A stretch of 64,000 bases of DNA, from contig NW_027271504.1 in NCBI RefSeq assembly GCF_040938485.1, positions 1,364,001 through 1,428,000 on the forward strand, in the 5' to 3' direction. The notes under the pieces were generated by a model. The model worked only from the letters and a program-made list of their open reading frames with translations, searched no databases and was not told where the DNA came from. This DNA comes from Diadema antillarum (lineage: Eukaryota). Position numbers and translations under genes: made by a program. Of the stretch, positions 51,762 through 63,138 are shown one piece after another (position 1 is the stretch's first letter; each line of letters opens with the position of its first letter).

Positions 51762-54700
51762 CCTCTTTTGTTTTCTGTGTTTTTTTAGCTGATGGTGAGC
51801 TGGTAAAATTTCTGCAAGAGGAGATTAATGTAGAGCAAGGCAGTCTGACAGATGTGCCCAAGGTTCCCGACTTTGATGTCAGCATAGATGGGGCAGACAT
51901 CACTCTTGCCAGGCAGCTCAATGGTGAAAGGTACATTGAGACATGTACAACTGTATCTTCTGAAAGAATGTGTTTTGGACAAATCTCAGTCTTTTCCTTG
52001 TTGATCTCTTCGATAGAAAATGCCTATGAGATTGGCATACTGTTACAGATAGAGAAATGACGGTTGATTTGTGATACAATTTTGTATGCAAAGACTGTTT
52101 GAGGTAACAAATGAAACAGTTGTGTATCATTGTCTTCAAATGGTCAAAACTGCAGTACAGATGTACCTATCATGTAATTTAGGAGCAAACAACTCCTTTT
52201 GTGGATGGTAATTCATTGCGAGTTTTGTTAATTATGTGTCTCTAGTCCTTTTGAAAAGTTTTGTGAATCAGTAGCACAGATAAATATACTTGATAGATAA
52301 AGCTGTATTTCATCATCCAGAAAAAAAAAAATCCTCTATCCTAGCCAACATACTTCAGCTTATACATGTACATATATTAAAAACTACACATATCTCTGTC
52401 AGCTAGGAAAACGAATCTAATAACAAATTGCAAGATTAATGTATACATCTAGCAGTAGCTTGCTAGTTGCTGCTTCCCAAAATAATTCCTTTTAATCGCT
52501 ATTAATTACCATGTGGCCCAAGAGCTGTAGGATCTAGATGTCAGCAAAATTTGGATTTTCAAATTTCTTAGTGACATTGACAAAGTCAGACCTAATGTTC
52601 TGTGAAAATGATCATGTCAAATTTCCTTTTGCATTCAGCTTAACATTGTATAAAACGATACCTTTATAATGTAATGTGAAGTCAGCTCATCAGCAGGTTA
52701 ATGAGGGTAAAGAATGTCAATTAAAGAGAGTCACTATTTTTAGTTCTTTGTGTTCCACAGTTTAAGCCCCCTTTGTGCCACGATATTCTGAGATCACAAT
52801 GCATGAGCGCTTTTGAAAAACCAAAGCTGTGTAACTATTCATCAGTGTTTTTGCCAGAAATGCAGAACAAATTTGTGGAGAAAATTGCAAAGCTTGCTGT
52901 GATGTAACGGTTATGACATAGCTTTGGCTATTAATTCCCGTGAAAAGCCAGTATTCAAAACAATTGGGCTATGCCTGGTTGTATGTTTGAGAAAAATGTG
53001 TGAAGTTGACAAGCCACTGACTGAGTTTGCATGTGAATGTGGCACTTAAAAGAGTTAGTATGTTCAGGTAGAAGGGGTACTTTGTGACTTGAGTGATGCA
53101 TGTACAGCTACATCCCCACCTCTATTGATGATGTAATGATACAGTGAAATAATTGCTTTGTTCTCCATCTTCTCACCCTCGTGCAGAGTGGTTGTGAAGT
53201 TCAACGTCAACCATTCAGTCGAGATGGAAGGAGGAGCCCTGGCGGAACAAGACCAGCAAGAAGCAGCACCAGAGGTAACAATCCATCCAGGTTTAGAGGC
53301 TGTAAGGCTGTAGTCCATCTTTGAGTCATCTGTGAGCAGTGCATGACCTCATTCTAGGGTACTAGGTGGTGTTACTGGGTAATAGTTTATTAGAGATTTT
53401 TGCCAGATAGGAACAGATGCTCATCTGAGGGGATACTCTGCAAAGTGTTTTTTTTTTTTTTTTTTGGTGATCTTTCAGTTGGAATAGCTACAGGTATTGT
53501 GTGTATTGAGTTGTCCAGGAGAATTGTGAGTCCATCGGTTGTGTTTATTTTCAGACATAATATGAGTAGGGATGAATGTCCATTAAAGTGACTCATTTGA
53601 ATAAATTTGAATTGTGCTGGCCTTTGAGAAACAGTGTCATATGAGGAACAGCAACACTTAACCTTGTTGATTGTACATTTGTTTCCCAGACTCCAGTATC
53701 TTTAAAAGGGATATGAAGATTACTACTTGCCACTGTGCAATCGTTGTGATTTCGTGAGAACAAATTCAAAACAAGTGAAAGCCACTTACTATCTTTAAAA
53801 AAAAAAAGAAATTGTACAATTCATTTTTTTTTCCTGCCCATGTCAGATGAGGTCATATCCGGATTTCTCAGTGGAGGTCAGTAAAGAAGGCACCAACACC
53901 CTGAGGATAAGCTGCGCCTTCCAACGGGACGAAGCCCTTGAAGACCAGGAGCCCGACCCTGAGGAGGACGAGGAGCTGTTCCTGATTGACGAGGTCCTCT
54001 TCACCAGGGGTGGTGCTTCCGCAGAGGCCTCCGAAGCCGCGTATCGTGTCGGGTCAGAGGTCATGAATGGGGTGAGGCAGGAGCTTCCTTTTTCTTTTCA
54101 TTCCTTCCCTTTGCTTTTCCTTGCCTAACATAGCAATATTCTTTTTGTCATTAAGGCTTCTTTTTTTCTACTCTTGCCTATAGTTATTTTCCTATCTTTC
54201 TTCCATCACTGAAGTAAATTGAACCAATTGGATAGTACACATCCTTTTGAGATACGTTTGTGATGTTTTTTTTTTCTTCATTGTGTGTTTTGAGATATGT
54301 ATTCATAATAAAATATTTTATTGAATGTTTTGTATGTAATTGAAGGGTCAGATTTCCTGAAGTACTGTGATTGTTAGAACTGTGATTCTGAATGGTTTAT
54401 ATGCAAGTTGAAAAATTCAAGTTTCTTGATCTTGTGATGATGCATTCTAGTCTGAAGTAAAACTTTTTCTTTTCAAGTGAAGGCAGGAGTGTTAGGAATG
54501 ATATTCATCAACTGTATGGATGGCCCTTGTAGAAATCATTGATAATGATTCAGCAATGTATTCAGGCTGAGGTGATTTAAAAAAGAATGGAAAGTTGTTA
54601 CAGTCAGTAAATGACTTCTCCCCTTTCCCCATGACAGTAAAGAATAAAATAAAATGAAGAATATGATTTTTGATTTCTTCAATCTTTCCTGTTTACTAGG

Positions 54701-54846
54701 ATCTGTATGACCATCTGAAGAACTACCTTGCAGACCGCGGCATTGACAACCAGTTCTCAGAGAAGCTGTCTGACCTCGCCAGTGCAGTGGAGCACCGGCA
54801 GTATATCAACTTTTTGGAGGAGCTTAATAGTTTTCTCAAACGTTGA
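50591..54846 (+). CDS. C1QBP: Complement C1q-binding protein / p32 (MAM33 family), mitochondrial, 300 aa; exons 50591-50891, 51789-51930, 53187-53274, 53847-54071, 54700-54846
   Basis: GT-AG introns with consistent phases (1, 2, 0, 0); total 903 nt. Basic Ser/Arg-rich presequence, then CSCGCG...LHT, ELVKFLQEEI, VVVKFNVNHSV, MRSYPDFSVEV, LFLIDEV, and LYDHLKNYLADRGIDNQF...EHRQYINFLEEL..F. Confidence 0.96.
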
Positions 54847-55531
54847 TAGAATCATCACATTGTTCCAAAGAGCAGATTCGGTCTTTTTTTCTTTTTTAAT
54901 TTTGTGTTAAGCCCCATCATTCATGTGTTGAGAAAAATAACAAGATGTGTCGATTGTAATAATGCTCTGTACCAACATCTTCATAAAGGAGGTTTAAAGC
55001 AAAATGTTCAACCAGGCCTGGTGAAGTGTGAGTAGACATGCTTTATTTGGTGAAACAATAGCTGAAACTATTTTCCTGGAAGCTATTGAAAGCTTGCAAC
55101 TTCCAAGGCTGAAGAAGTGCATTTGACCAGATCCATAATTACTATACAAACTGCACATTGACATGCTCACAGTGACATCCAGCTTCCAGTACACATGTGT
55201 ACCAGAGTGAGTTCCATGAACCCATTTGCTGTGTGTTCGTGATACATATCACTAGAATATTCTGTGCTCATATTCCTAATGAATATGTCGACAAAGTGGC
55301 ATTGTTGCAAAGCCAAGATTCAGTGTAATTGAGAGCCATTTCAGAATTCAAGAGATTCCATCACTCCCCCACCCCCAAAAGGAAACTGTTCCCCAAGGAG
55401 ATTTTCATTTTGAATAACTATAAGCAATGATACCAATTCTCCAGCTCCATAGAATTTTAGCGAAATTGAAGAGATTTTGAGAAAGTCATTGTGATTCAAA
55501 AGCCATCACTAGTAGTCTGCAAGAGCAAACA

Positions 55532-55593
55532 GTCATGTGACTATGGTCATGTGACTTGAGTCATGTGATTAGTCATGTGACAAGTAATGTGAC
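55532..55593. promoter_or_regulatory. Tandem cluster of GTCATGTGA(C) E-box/M-box motifs in the C1QBP 3' region
   Basis: Units at 55532, 55546, 55560 and 55572, plus a degenerate unit at 55584. Function is not shown. Confidence 0.4.
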
Positions 55594-55726
55594 TGATATG
55601 ATTTCCATTGTGCTTCTGTTTTGCTTCCAACATAAAATGACACTTTTACTGATTTTCTCAAATGATTTTCATGAATCTGCTGAATGCAAATTTTCATGAG
55701 AAACACCATGTCATGGCATGTTCTGA

Positions 55727-55732
55727 AATAAA
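55727..55732 (+). terminator. Candidate C1QBP polyadenylation signal
   Basis: AATAAA ~880 nt after the stop codon, followed by a T-rich region. Confidence 0.4.
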
Positions 55733-56948
55733 GAAGTCAAATTCATTGTAAAGATTTTATAAAATCAAACTTCTGGTCTCTGTTGGTGAGAAAACAAATG
55801 ACGAGTATGACAACATAAGCTGATTATAAAGACTGTTGTAGGATGCCTTGTTAGAGGAATTGGTGAAATTCAGATATTCATGATATTAGGCAACTTTTCT
55901 CTAATTATTCTCACCAAACTGTTCTTTTGCTTTTACTACCCTTGTCGGTAACAACACACTCTTCCTTTCTGTCTAGGCAAACATCTAGCTGATAAATCAC
56001 TGAACGAAAATGAACAGGACTAATAAACTTTATGATTCCTAGCATATGCTTACTTGTAAGGAGTGGGTGCAGTGTTTTCTATTGCTCAACATTCAAACAC
56101 ACTTGACCTTGAGAGTGCCAATTGTACTGGATAAGCACCCATCATGTCGAAATACGATAATAATCTGTCTGTCGGGTATGTTTCATCATTAATTGGAAAT
56201 GTACTAGCCTCTGTGTTGACTCGGTATTAAAGATTTAGTTCCGAGTCTTGGGCATCACTTTTAATAAAGTTGCAGTATTCCAGTCAAACAGTTATGTGCC
56301 ACCTTTTGTTCTCAACTGAGTGTCAGTGTACACAGTATATCCTTTAACCTTTATAAAGGTATGAACAAATCTACATATACAGTATTTATAAATGATTGTC
56401 ATTCAGTATATACACATGAACAGGATCAAAATATGATTGGTACAGAAAATCCAGTACAACTTGCGACAGCCAGTGCCTTGTGCAAACTGCAGATGACGTC
56501 ATGGTAACTTAAAATCATGCTCAGATTCTAGCCGCCTACCAACACACATTACACTAGATTGCTGCCCAATCAATTGTACAAGGCTCACAAATCACACTGG
56601 CATCACTGGGCAACCTTAGCAAATAAAATTTATCAAGTTCGACTTGTCCGCTAACAACGAGTTGATCGAAGAGGGCAGGCTTCATCCATCAAAGAATGAC
56701 ACAATGTTTGTGCGGCACCGATTTGTCTCTCCCCGTTGCTACCTGCACAACGAAAAATAAAAATTATGACGTGGGAATGTCGAATTACTAAACATACACA
56801 GTTTCATTCTTTACTTTGAAGGGTGCAGAATTGACTACTTTCTTTTTGTGACAGATTGAGAAACTTACGTGTCGGTCCAACACTCAAACAAATAGCGTCA
56901 AGTTGGCTCTTGCCATTCGAGTCACACAAGGAAATTTACAACTCTGTA

Positions 56949-57118
56949 CAGTGCACTCCCGTTATAACGAACACGGTTATAACGAAATTCCGGTTACATC
57001 GAGATAAAAATTCAGGCCGCAACATTATCCTACCTATGTTTTTATTGTTTATTTGTTCGGTTATATGGAAATTTCGAAATGTGGGTCCCGAGGACTTCGT
57101 TATAACTGGAGTCCATGG
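56949..57118. mobile_element. Third, internally deleted Tigger-like MITE copy
   Basis: TA|CAGTGCACTCCCGTTATAACGAAC on the left; degenerate right TIR cgttataactggagtccatgg|TA. Confidence 0.75.
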
Positions 57119-57120
57119 TA

Positions 57121-57339
57121 TTTCTCTTTCCAAATTGTGGCATCATTCAATTTAGAATGCATGTCTTGTCTTACGCAGATCCTAAATCCAAAAAAGTACA
57201 TTTGTGTGCTCATTCGAGCTGCACAAGGAATTTTGCAACACTGAATTTCTCTTTCCAAATGTGATACATACATCATTCAGTTTAGAATGCATGTTTTGTT
57301 TTACGCAGATCTTATATTAAAAAGTACATTTGTATGCTC
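57121..57339 (+). repeat. Diverged tandem duplication (~126 bp period)
   Basis: tttctctttccaaat...catcattca.tttagaatgcatgt.ttgt.ttacgcagatc...aaaaagtacatttgt.tgctc occurs twice. Confidence 0.8.
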
Positions 57340-57518
57340 TAGAATGCTGAAATGGAAGTAAGTTTATGAATCTTTCCATGGCCAAATCTTACGCTAGAGT
57401 TGCCAAGCAATGGCGTGAATGATGAAATGTAGGCCTTTTCATTCTGAGTGATGTTTATACAGATGTCCAAACTTTTCGTTTTGGACCTACAAAGTAACAA
57501 AAGAAAAGGGGGTTGGGC

Positions 57519-57665
57519 AAACGGACGGGAGAGTAGTTTGGCGTTTGTTGGCAATGTTTTGGGTTTTTTTCGTTTTTTTTTAATACACATTTCATAAAAC
57601 GGACGAGAGAGTGGTTTGGCGTTTGTTGGCAATTTTTTTTTTTTAATACACCTTTTTATAAAACG
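57519..57665 (+). repeat. Tandem duplication (~78 bp period)
   Basis: aaacggacg.gagagt.gtttggcgtttgttggcaat...ttaatacac occurs twice. Confidence 0.75.
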
Positions 57666-57711
57666 AACAATACATTTCATTTGTCAAAGGAGGTATTTCT
57701 GTCAGACACAC

Positions 57712-60680
57712 TCAAACAGAGAGACACAAAGTTTCACTTCTCACCAGGAATCGCCGATCGGTATATCGATCTCCCCAGGCCATCGTCATTTCCCTCGACA
57801 TCGAATGTTGGCGCTCTGGCGTTGGCACATCGCCATATTCCGAAAGTTCCGACTGACTGACGGAAAGACCCGAGTGCCTGTCCGTCATCGCAGATTTCTG
57901 GATCGTATCATGTTCGTGCGCTGTTCGACCGCCACTCGGTCTCCTCCCTGTGGTTCCAGAGCCTCTTATGGAAGCTGAAGTCAAGAACATGGATTCCGCA
58001 CGCGTCCTGTCGGTCTCGTCGTGTATGAGCATCGATGCCTCACAACGTTTATGCGTTGACGAGTCTACTTTTCCTTCTAAGCTGCGTTCGGCAATCTTCG
58101 TGGGAATTTCGGAAGTTGGCGTCTCCAGTATGCTTTTCTCGTCTTGCCAGTATGACCTCGTTGGGGGGTCAACCCGAACGGTTGGAGGACTGTATCGTTG
58201 TCTGTGCTCAATGGGACAGGTGCACCTTTTACACCTTTTGGTTTTTAACTTGGTTCGAGGGATGAATGTAGTTGGCATCGCAACTGCTGGCTAAAGAGCA
58301 GAGAGAGAGATGGGGGGGGGGGGAAGAAAGTACATGTATTGAGATCTGTAACATTAATGATGTGACGGAGGAGGATCAGCACAAAGGCTAATAAAGAAGA
58401 GGGCATGGGGTACCGTTCTCGGAGATTCACGGTTCTGTAGTTTCCTTCTAATAGCACTTGATTACTCACGAGACGCTCTGTTGATAGCCTAGCTCTTCAA
58501 CAGATTTGCTCGTGGGGATCAGTTAGAATGTAATCACAGTAGAGGAAAAATGTGACAGCGACAAATCAGAAAATCTATAGTACATTCCGAGGAAAGAAGC
58601 GGTACATGTAAAGTACATCTATATGTGCAACACACTTTGCTATTTTCAACATTTGCTGATGTTACGCAGTGCCATCAAAGTCAACTCGTGCTGATCATAG
58701 AAATTCTTTTGCTTGCACCATGAGGCTTCCCCGACATAAAAGTACACGGAGCAGTCCAATTTAGTTCACTGTGACTGCGAACTGTTCTATACCTCTGAGA
58801 GGGAAGTTACAATGCTTGTTAGCTTGTTTGAGAAACATAGTTTTGAACGTCAGCTTGCATCTAACGAACGCTCCTCACAACAACTAGCGAAGTGACTTGA
58901 GTGACGCTGCGTGCAATGGCGCCTTGGTGACACGTACGAACTCATCATGGCACGTACCTTGAGAGTGATGAGAAGGTCAAAGGGGAATCCGTTGGGGTTA
59001 CTGACACAGTCTTGGAAGAACAGCTGTGTTTGTGCCCTCTCGTGTTTGGAAACTCCGCCGTCGAGGTATGCCACAAAGATGAGGCGATCTAAATTTTGTG
59101 GAAAGACGGGAAAAATATTGACGGGTGAACTAAACGTATCAATACAAAGGAATTTAGCTTCAGAATGAATTTTTCCTCACAACACTCAAGAACAGAAAGC
59201 AATGAAACATATCATATTGGCTGTCGGGGTAATTTCACAATGACACCGCTGTAATGAAGGTATCGACCGATCGTATTAAGGTAAAGGTCATCTGCTTTGC
59301 CATTTGCGGCGACATTGAGTTCTGGATAATATAGTGATATTGCAGGCTACATTCGAATGACTAAACGTGAGAATAAAAGAAAAGACAATCACCAAAGTGG
59401 TAAGGGAGTCCTCAAAATATGAATTAAAGAATTGCCAATGAATTTTGAAGTTTTAGATCAGGGGTCGATATTGTCAAATCGTTATTTACTTTTCCTGCTA
59501 ACTGGTGAAGTCAGTTCTGACCCTTTTGCCGCCGACCGATCACGGCGGTCGGGACTTATCATATCGTAGGTGATCGTTCCGCCGGGTAGGGTGCGCCCGT
59601 ACGTCAGAGCGTGGATCTGGTCGACTACGAGCCCCGTGCGCCCGAAATCGACACACCAGCTGATGGAGCCGCTGGAATGTCTTGGCTTTCTGGTCAGGTA
59701 CGCCTGGGGCAAGGATAAAGACGTGTATATGGATCATGGCTCTGAATAAGCCTTCATAGGAATATTGTCTGAGAACGTAACACACACACATCCAGTACAA
59801 ATGCAGTATATCTCAGCGATTATTCTTTGGCACCGTATCACAAGAAGATGTTTACCATGTCATCATTGTCGTAACCTCGAGATATTATATCTAAGGGAGT
59901 CGATCTGTCTTCTTGAACACAATATGTCATACTACTAGTAATGCTCAAGGAGACCATACCACACATTCAAACACTCTCATTCCGAACATTGCTAGTGCTT
60001 GCAATTATATTTTTATCTTCAAGATTCCTTCATTAAACCTTGGGATGCCAAAGGGTAATTTCAGTCTGGTCTATCCCGTATCTTTATTTATTCGCGGGAT
60101 AGCTCCGTTCTCAGGACATAATGGTTTCAACCGCATCTACGTAATACGCCGACGATGGGCATTGATGGTGGTGCAGTGTATTGACGCAGCGAAAGTAAAC
60201 TTTTTCCGTAGTCAAATATACATCTTCATCGAAATACACATTTATTATGTATATGAGGTAAAATCAATATGCAGACACCAAAAAATCAGTGCCCTGCTGG
60301 ACAAAATTAGTAATAAACTTTGAAGTATAGCGGGGAATAACAAGCTGGCTTAGCAATATATCAAAATGAAATTTTAAACGTTTGTTGTTTGTCTGTTTTA
60401 TTTTGGTTTGGTTTTGGGTTTGTTTGTTTTTTGTTTGTTTGTGTTTGGGGGGGGGGGGGGGTGGTGGTATGCTTACCCACTCTCCTCTTTCAGGACCCTT
60501 GATGGCGTGGTAGCGCTGCATGTTCACCACTGTGAATGCACCCGCTTTCCACCCCCGAACTTCCGGGCTGGAGGAGTCTCCTCGGTAGTAGGAATCGTCC
60601 CTGGTGCTATACTGGAGACGGAAGCACCCAACCCGCGCTTCTTGCTCAGTCAGTGTAAACACGTGGTTTGGGTAATGGAC
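57712..60680 (-). CDS. PAW (PNGase C-terminal mannose-binding) domain protein with a 192-aa C-terminal extension; exons 60680-60477, 59703-59490, 59088-58958, 58290-57712; 5' end unresolved
   Basis: Four exons join through GT-AG sites with matching phases (0, 1, 0) into 375 codons plus stop. The first three align with the NGLY1 PAW domain as I recall it: VFTLTEQE...FRLQYSTRDDSYYR...VRGWKAGAF...W|AYLTRKPRHSSGSISWCVDFGRTGLVVDQI...GGTITY...LIFVAYLDGG...QTQLFFQ...FDLLITLK. Confidence 0.8.
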
Positions 60681-60875
60681 CTACAAGATGATAAAGATGA
60701 CATCAAAAGTATCGCTTCTGTAAATGTGTTTGCCGCAAAGACACTTGCTATATAAGCAATAAACAAAACACACCACCACCCCTAAAAACAAACAATCACG
60801 AAAGCAAAAATATAATAATTTATATGATACACCAGGGAGTCAATGCGTTTCGCGCGTGTTTCGCATCTATGTTAA

Positions 60876-62208
60876 CCCTATTCCCATGGGGGGGGGGGGG
60901 GCATTTTGCCCCTCCCCCCTCGACGTTTCGCGTGATTATGCCGCAACGCGTGATGCTCTCGCCGCGCATTATATGACTTTTTTCTTTCAAGTATCGCGCA
61001 ACTTTTGAGACCAAATTTGTCGCTCCCGCACTGTAAAAACATCGGTGTTAGATTTAACACCACGGGTGTTAAATCTAACACCGATAAAACTTCAATAAAG
61101 GACCACACCCACAGGTGTTAAAAATGCACTGTGATGGTGTTGAAAAGTGTTCACCTGACACTTCGTGGTGTTAATTTGATACTGTACCTGATGCTATTTT
61201 GACACTGTACTGGTGTTCATTCAAAAATGACACCACATGGTGTTGATTTGATATTTGCTGGTGTTAATATCAATGGTTTAGCACCCGTCCAGCTTCAATA
61301 AGGGACCACACCAGCTGGTGTTACTTTGGTGTAAATTTATTTTCACATTTTTTCAAAAATCTAGCATTTTAATGTAAAATTCTTGATCGTCTTGTTTAAA
61401 TTAAAAATCAACGGGAAGTGCAGTTACTAAGAAACTCTTCAAAAAACAGTTTAAAATTTGGAAATGACACCCGTAGGTGTTAATTTAACACCATAAATGA
61501 GCACCGAAAATTTAACACCAGCTCGGTGTTCACTATTTAACACCGGACTTTTTGCAGTGCGGGCATACCGTTTTGAAGCCACGCCCCTTTGATAAAAATT
61601 CGTCGACCCAAAAATTGCTCAAAAACATGATTTTGTACAAATCCAATGTAAATTGTGTTTTTGCAATTAATTCATATAGAAATGAATATTTTTACTTTCA
61701 AGGCTGACAATGATTTATTTTAGCCTGATTATGCTTTAAAAAGTTTCTGCGATAAATTTTGACGAAAAAAAAAACAAAAAGTAAAAGTAAAAAAACAAAG
61801 AAATGCATAAGAAATTCAATAAACAATGAAATGCATAAGAAATAATTATGAAGCCGAATTTTTACTTCAGTATTATTTTTGAGGATATTGAAAATATGTT
61901 CACCAAAAATTAGAAGTCTTGGAGCGTTATTTTTTGATTTACAGGCAAAAAAAAAAAAACATTTTTGCTTAAATTAGCATAAATTAATTAACATAAAATA
62001 CATACATTAAACTTTGAAAAATCTAACTACACAGTCTTGTAGATTACATTGACCTCTACCTCAGTGCAAATTTTCGCGAGGATCGCGCGACCAAGATCTG
62101 AAGGGGGGGGGGCCTTTTGGTCCCCCCCCCCCCCCCCCCCTTCAGATCTTGGTCGCGCGATCCTCGCGAAAATCCCTCAAAAAAAAAAAAAACCCGGTGG
62201 GATCAGGA
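60876..62208. mobile_element. TTAA-flanked non-autonomous DNA element (piggyBac-like ends)
   Basis: TTAA at 60872-60875 and 62209-62212; imperfect TIRs ccctattcccatgg / ccggtgggatcagga; G/C-run hairpins near both ends. Confidence 0.65.
61029..61559. mobile_element. Nested CACTG-ended non-autonomous element (CMC-EnSpm-like) with 2-bp TSD
   Basis: cactgtaaaaac ... ctttttgcagtg. CG is duplicated at 61027-61028 and 61560-61561. Many subterminal AACACC/GGTGTT motifs occur in both orientations. Confidence 0.8.
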
Positions 62209-62593
62209 TTAAGAAACTTGTTTCACTTCAGTATTGAGATCCATGCTCAAACTCCGCGCGCAGGGTAAGACAATGTTTTCACCATACATAGAGCAAATGT
62301 GCGTATTACGTGAATCCGAATAGAGTCTCTCCAATAGTGTTTAGTCTACAAATGAGACGCACATCAAAGACAAATTCATACTTGTCAACCACAGCTACTG
62401 TTCTTATTCTTGTAAATTCAGCCCATGGCTCATCTATACGTCAAGAGGCATTCATTCTCTTTGGAAGTGCGCCTGAAGATGACATATTTTGTTATCATCA
62501 TGACAACATGTAATGTGTCATTTTCATCTTTCAACGGTTCAGAGAAATGAGCATTCGTAAAGAGAGATGTATGCTCATTTTACGTCTGTTTGA

Positions 62594-62595
<2 letters not shown>

Positions 62596-62640
<45 letters not shown>
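62596..62640 (+). repeat. (GT)n microsatellite
   Basis: Direct reading of the sequence. Confidence 0.95.
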
Positions 62641-63138
62641 GTTCTCCACACACATGCTATTTTACCATGCTCTTTAGAAGTTCTAGATTCAAGAGGATGC
62701 GATTTTTCTCACTTCTTTTTTCACGTATTGCTATATACTAATACTCTGCCTACCATACACCTTCGGATTCAAGAGACTGCCTAGTCATGAATGTCACCAA
62801 AGTGCACTGATGACGAAACAAAGGGGCGCGCGCATCTTTTACTCCTCGTTGAATGTTTGCTCCAGGGTCAGTGAACTTTCATATCCCCGTAGGTCTTAGA
62901 TGAGAACGCTAATTGGTCAAAAGTTTGCGCATATCAGTGCGTTTATTTTAGCCGCCTTATCATTGGCTGAAATCACCGTAACTATAGTATTGTACTCCGA
63001 GTGTGTTTCTTACGATGTTCTGATGTGCTGTGTAAACAAATCCATTCATTCGGTATTTGCGTCAAGGCGTAGATATACGTTTTCTCTAGCTTCTAGTGAG
63101 CAGGTTGTTTTCTGCTGATTTTATTGTCGGAAAGAGAA

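Noticed and set aside
57950-58294. 114-aa plus ORF
   Set aside because: Antisense to the in-phase terminal exon of the PAW gene, with no splice support
59496-59505. Alternative donor CCA|GTTAGC for the second PAW exon
   Set aside because: It is phase 0 and incompatible with the phase-1 acceptor at 59088; AAAA|GTAAAT at 59490 fits
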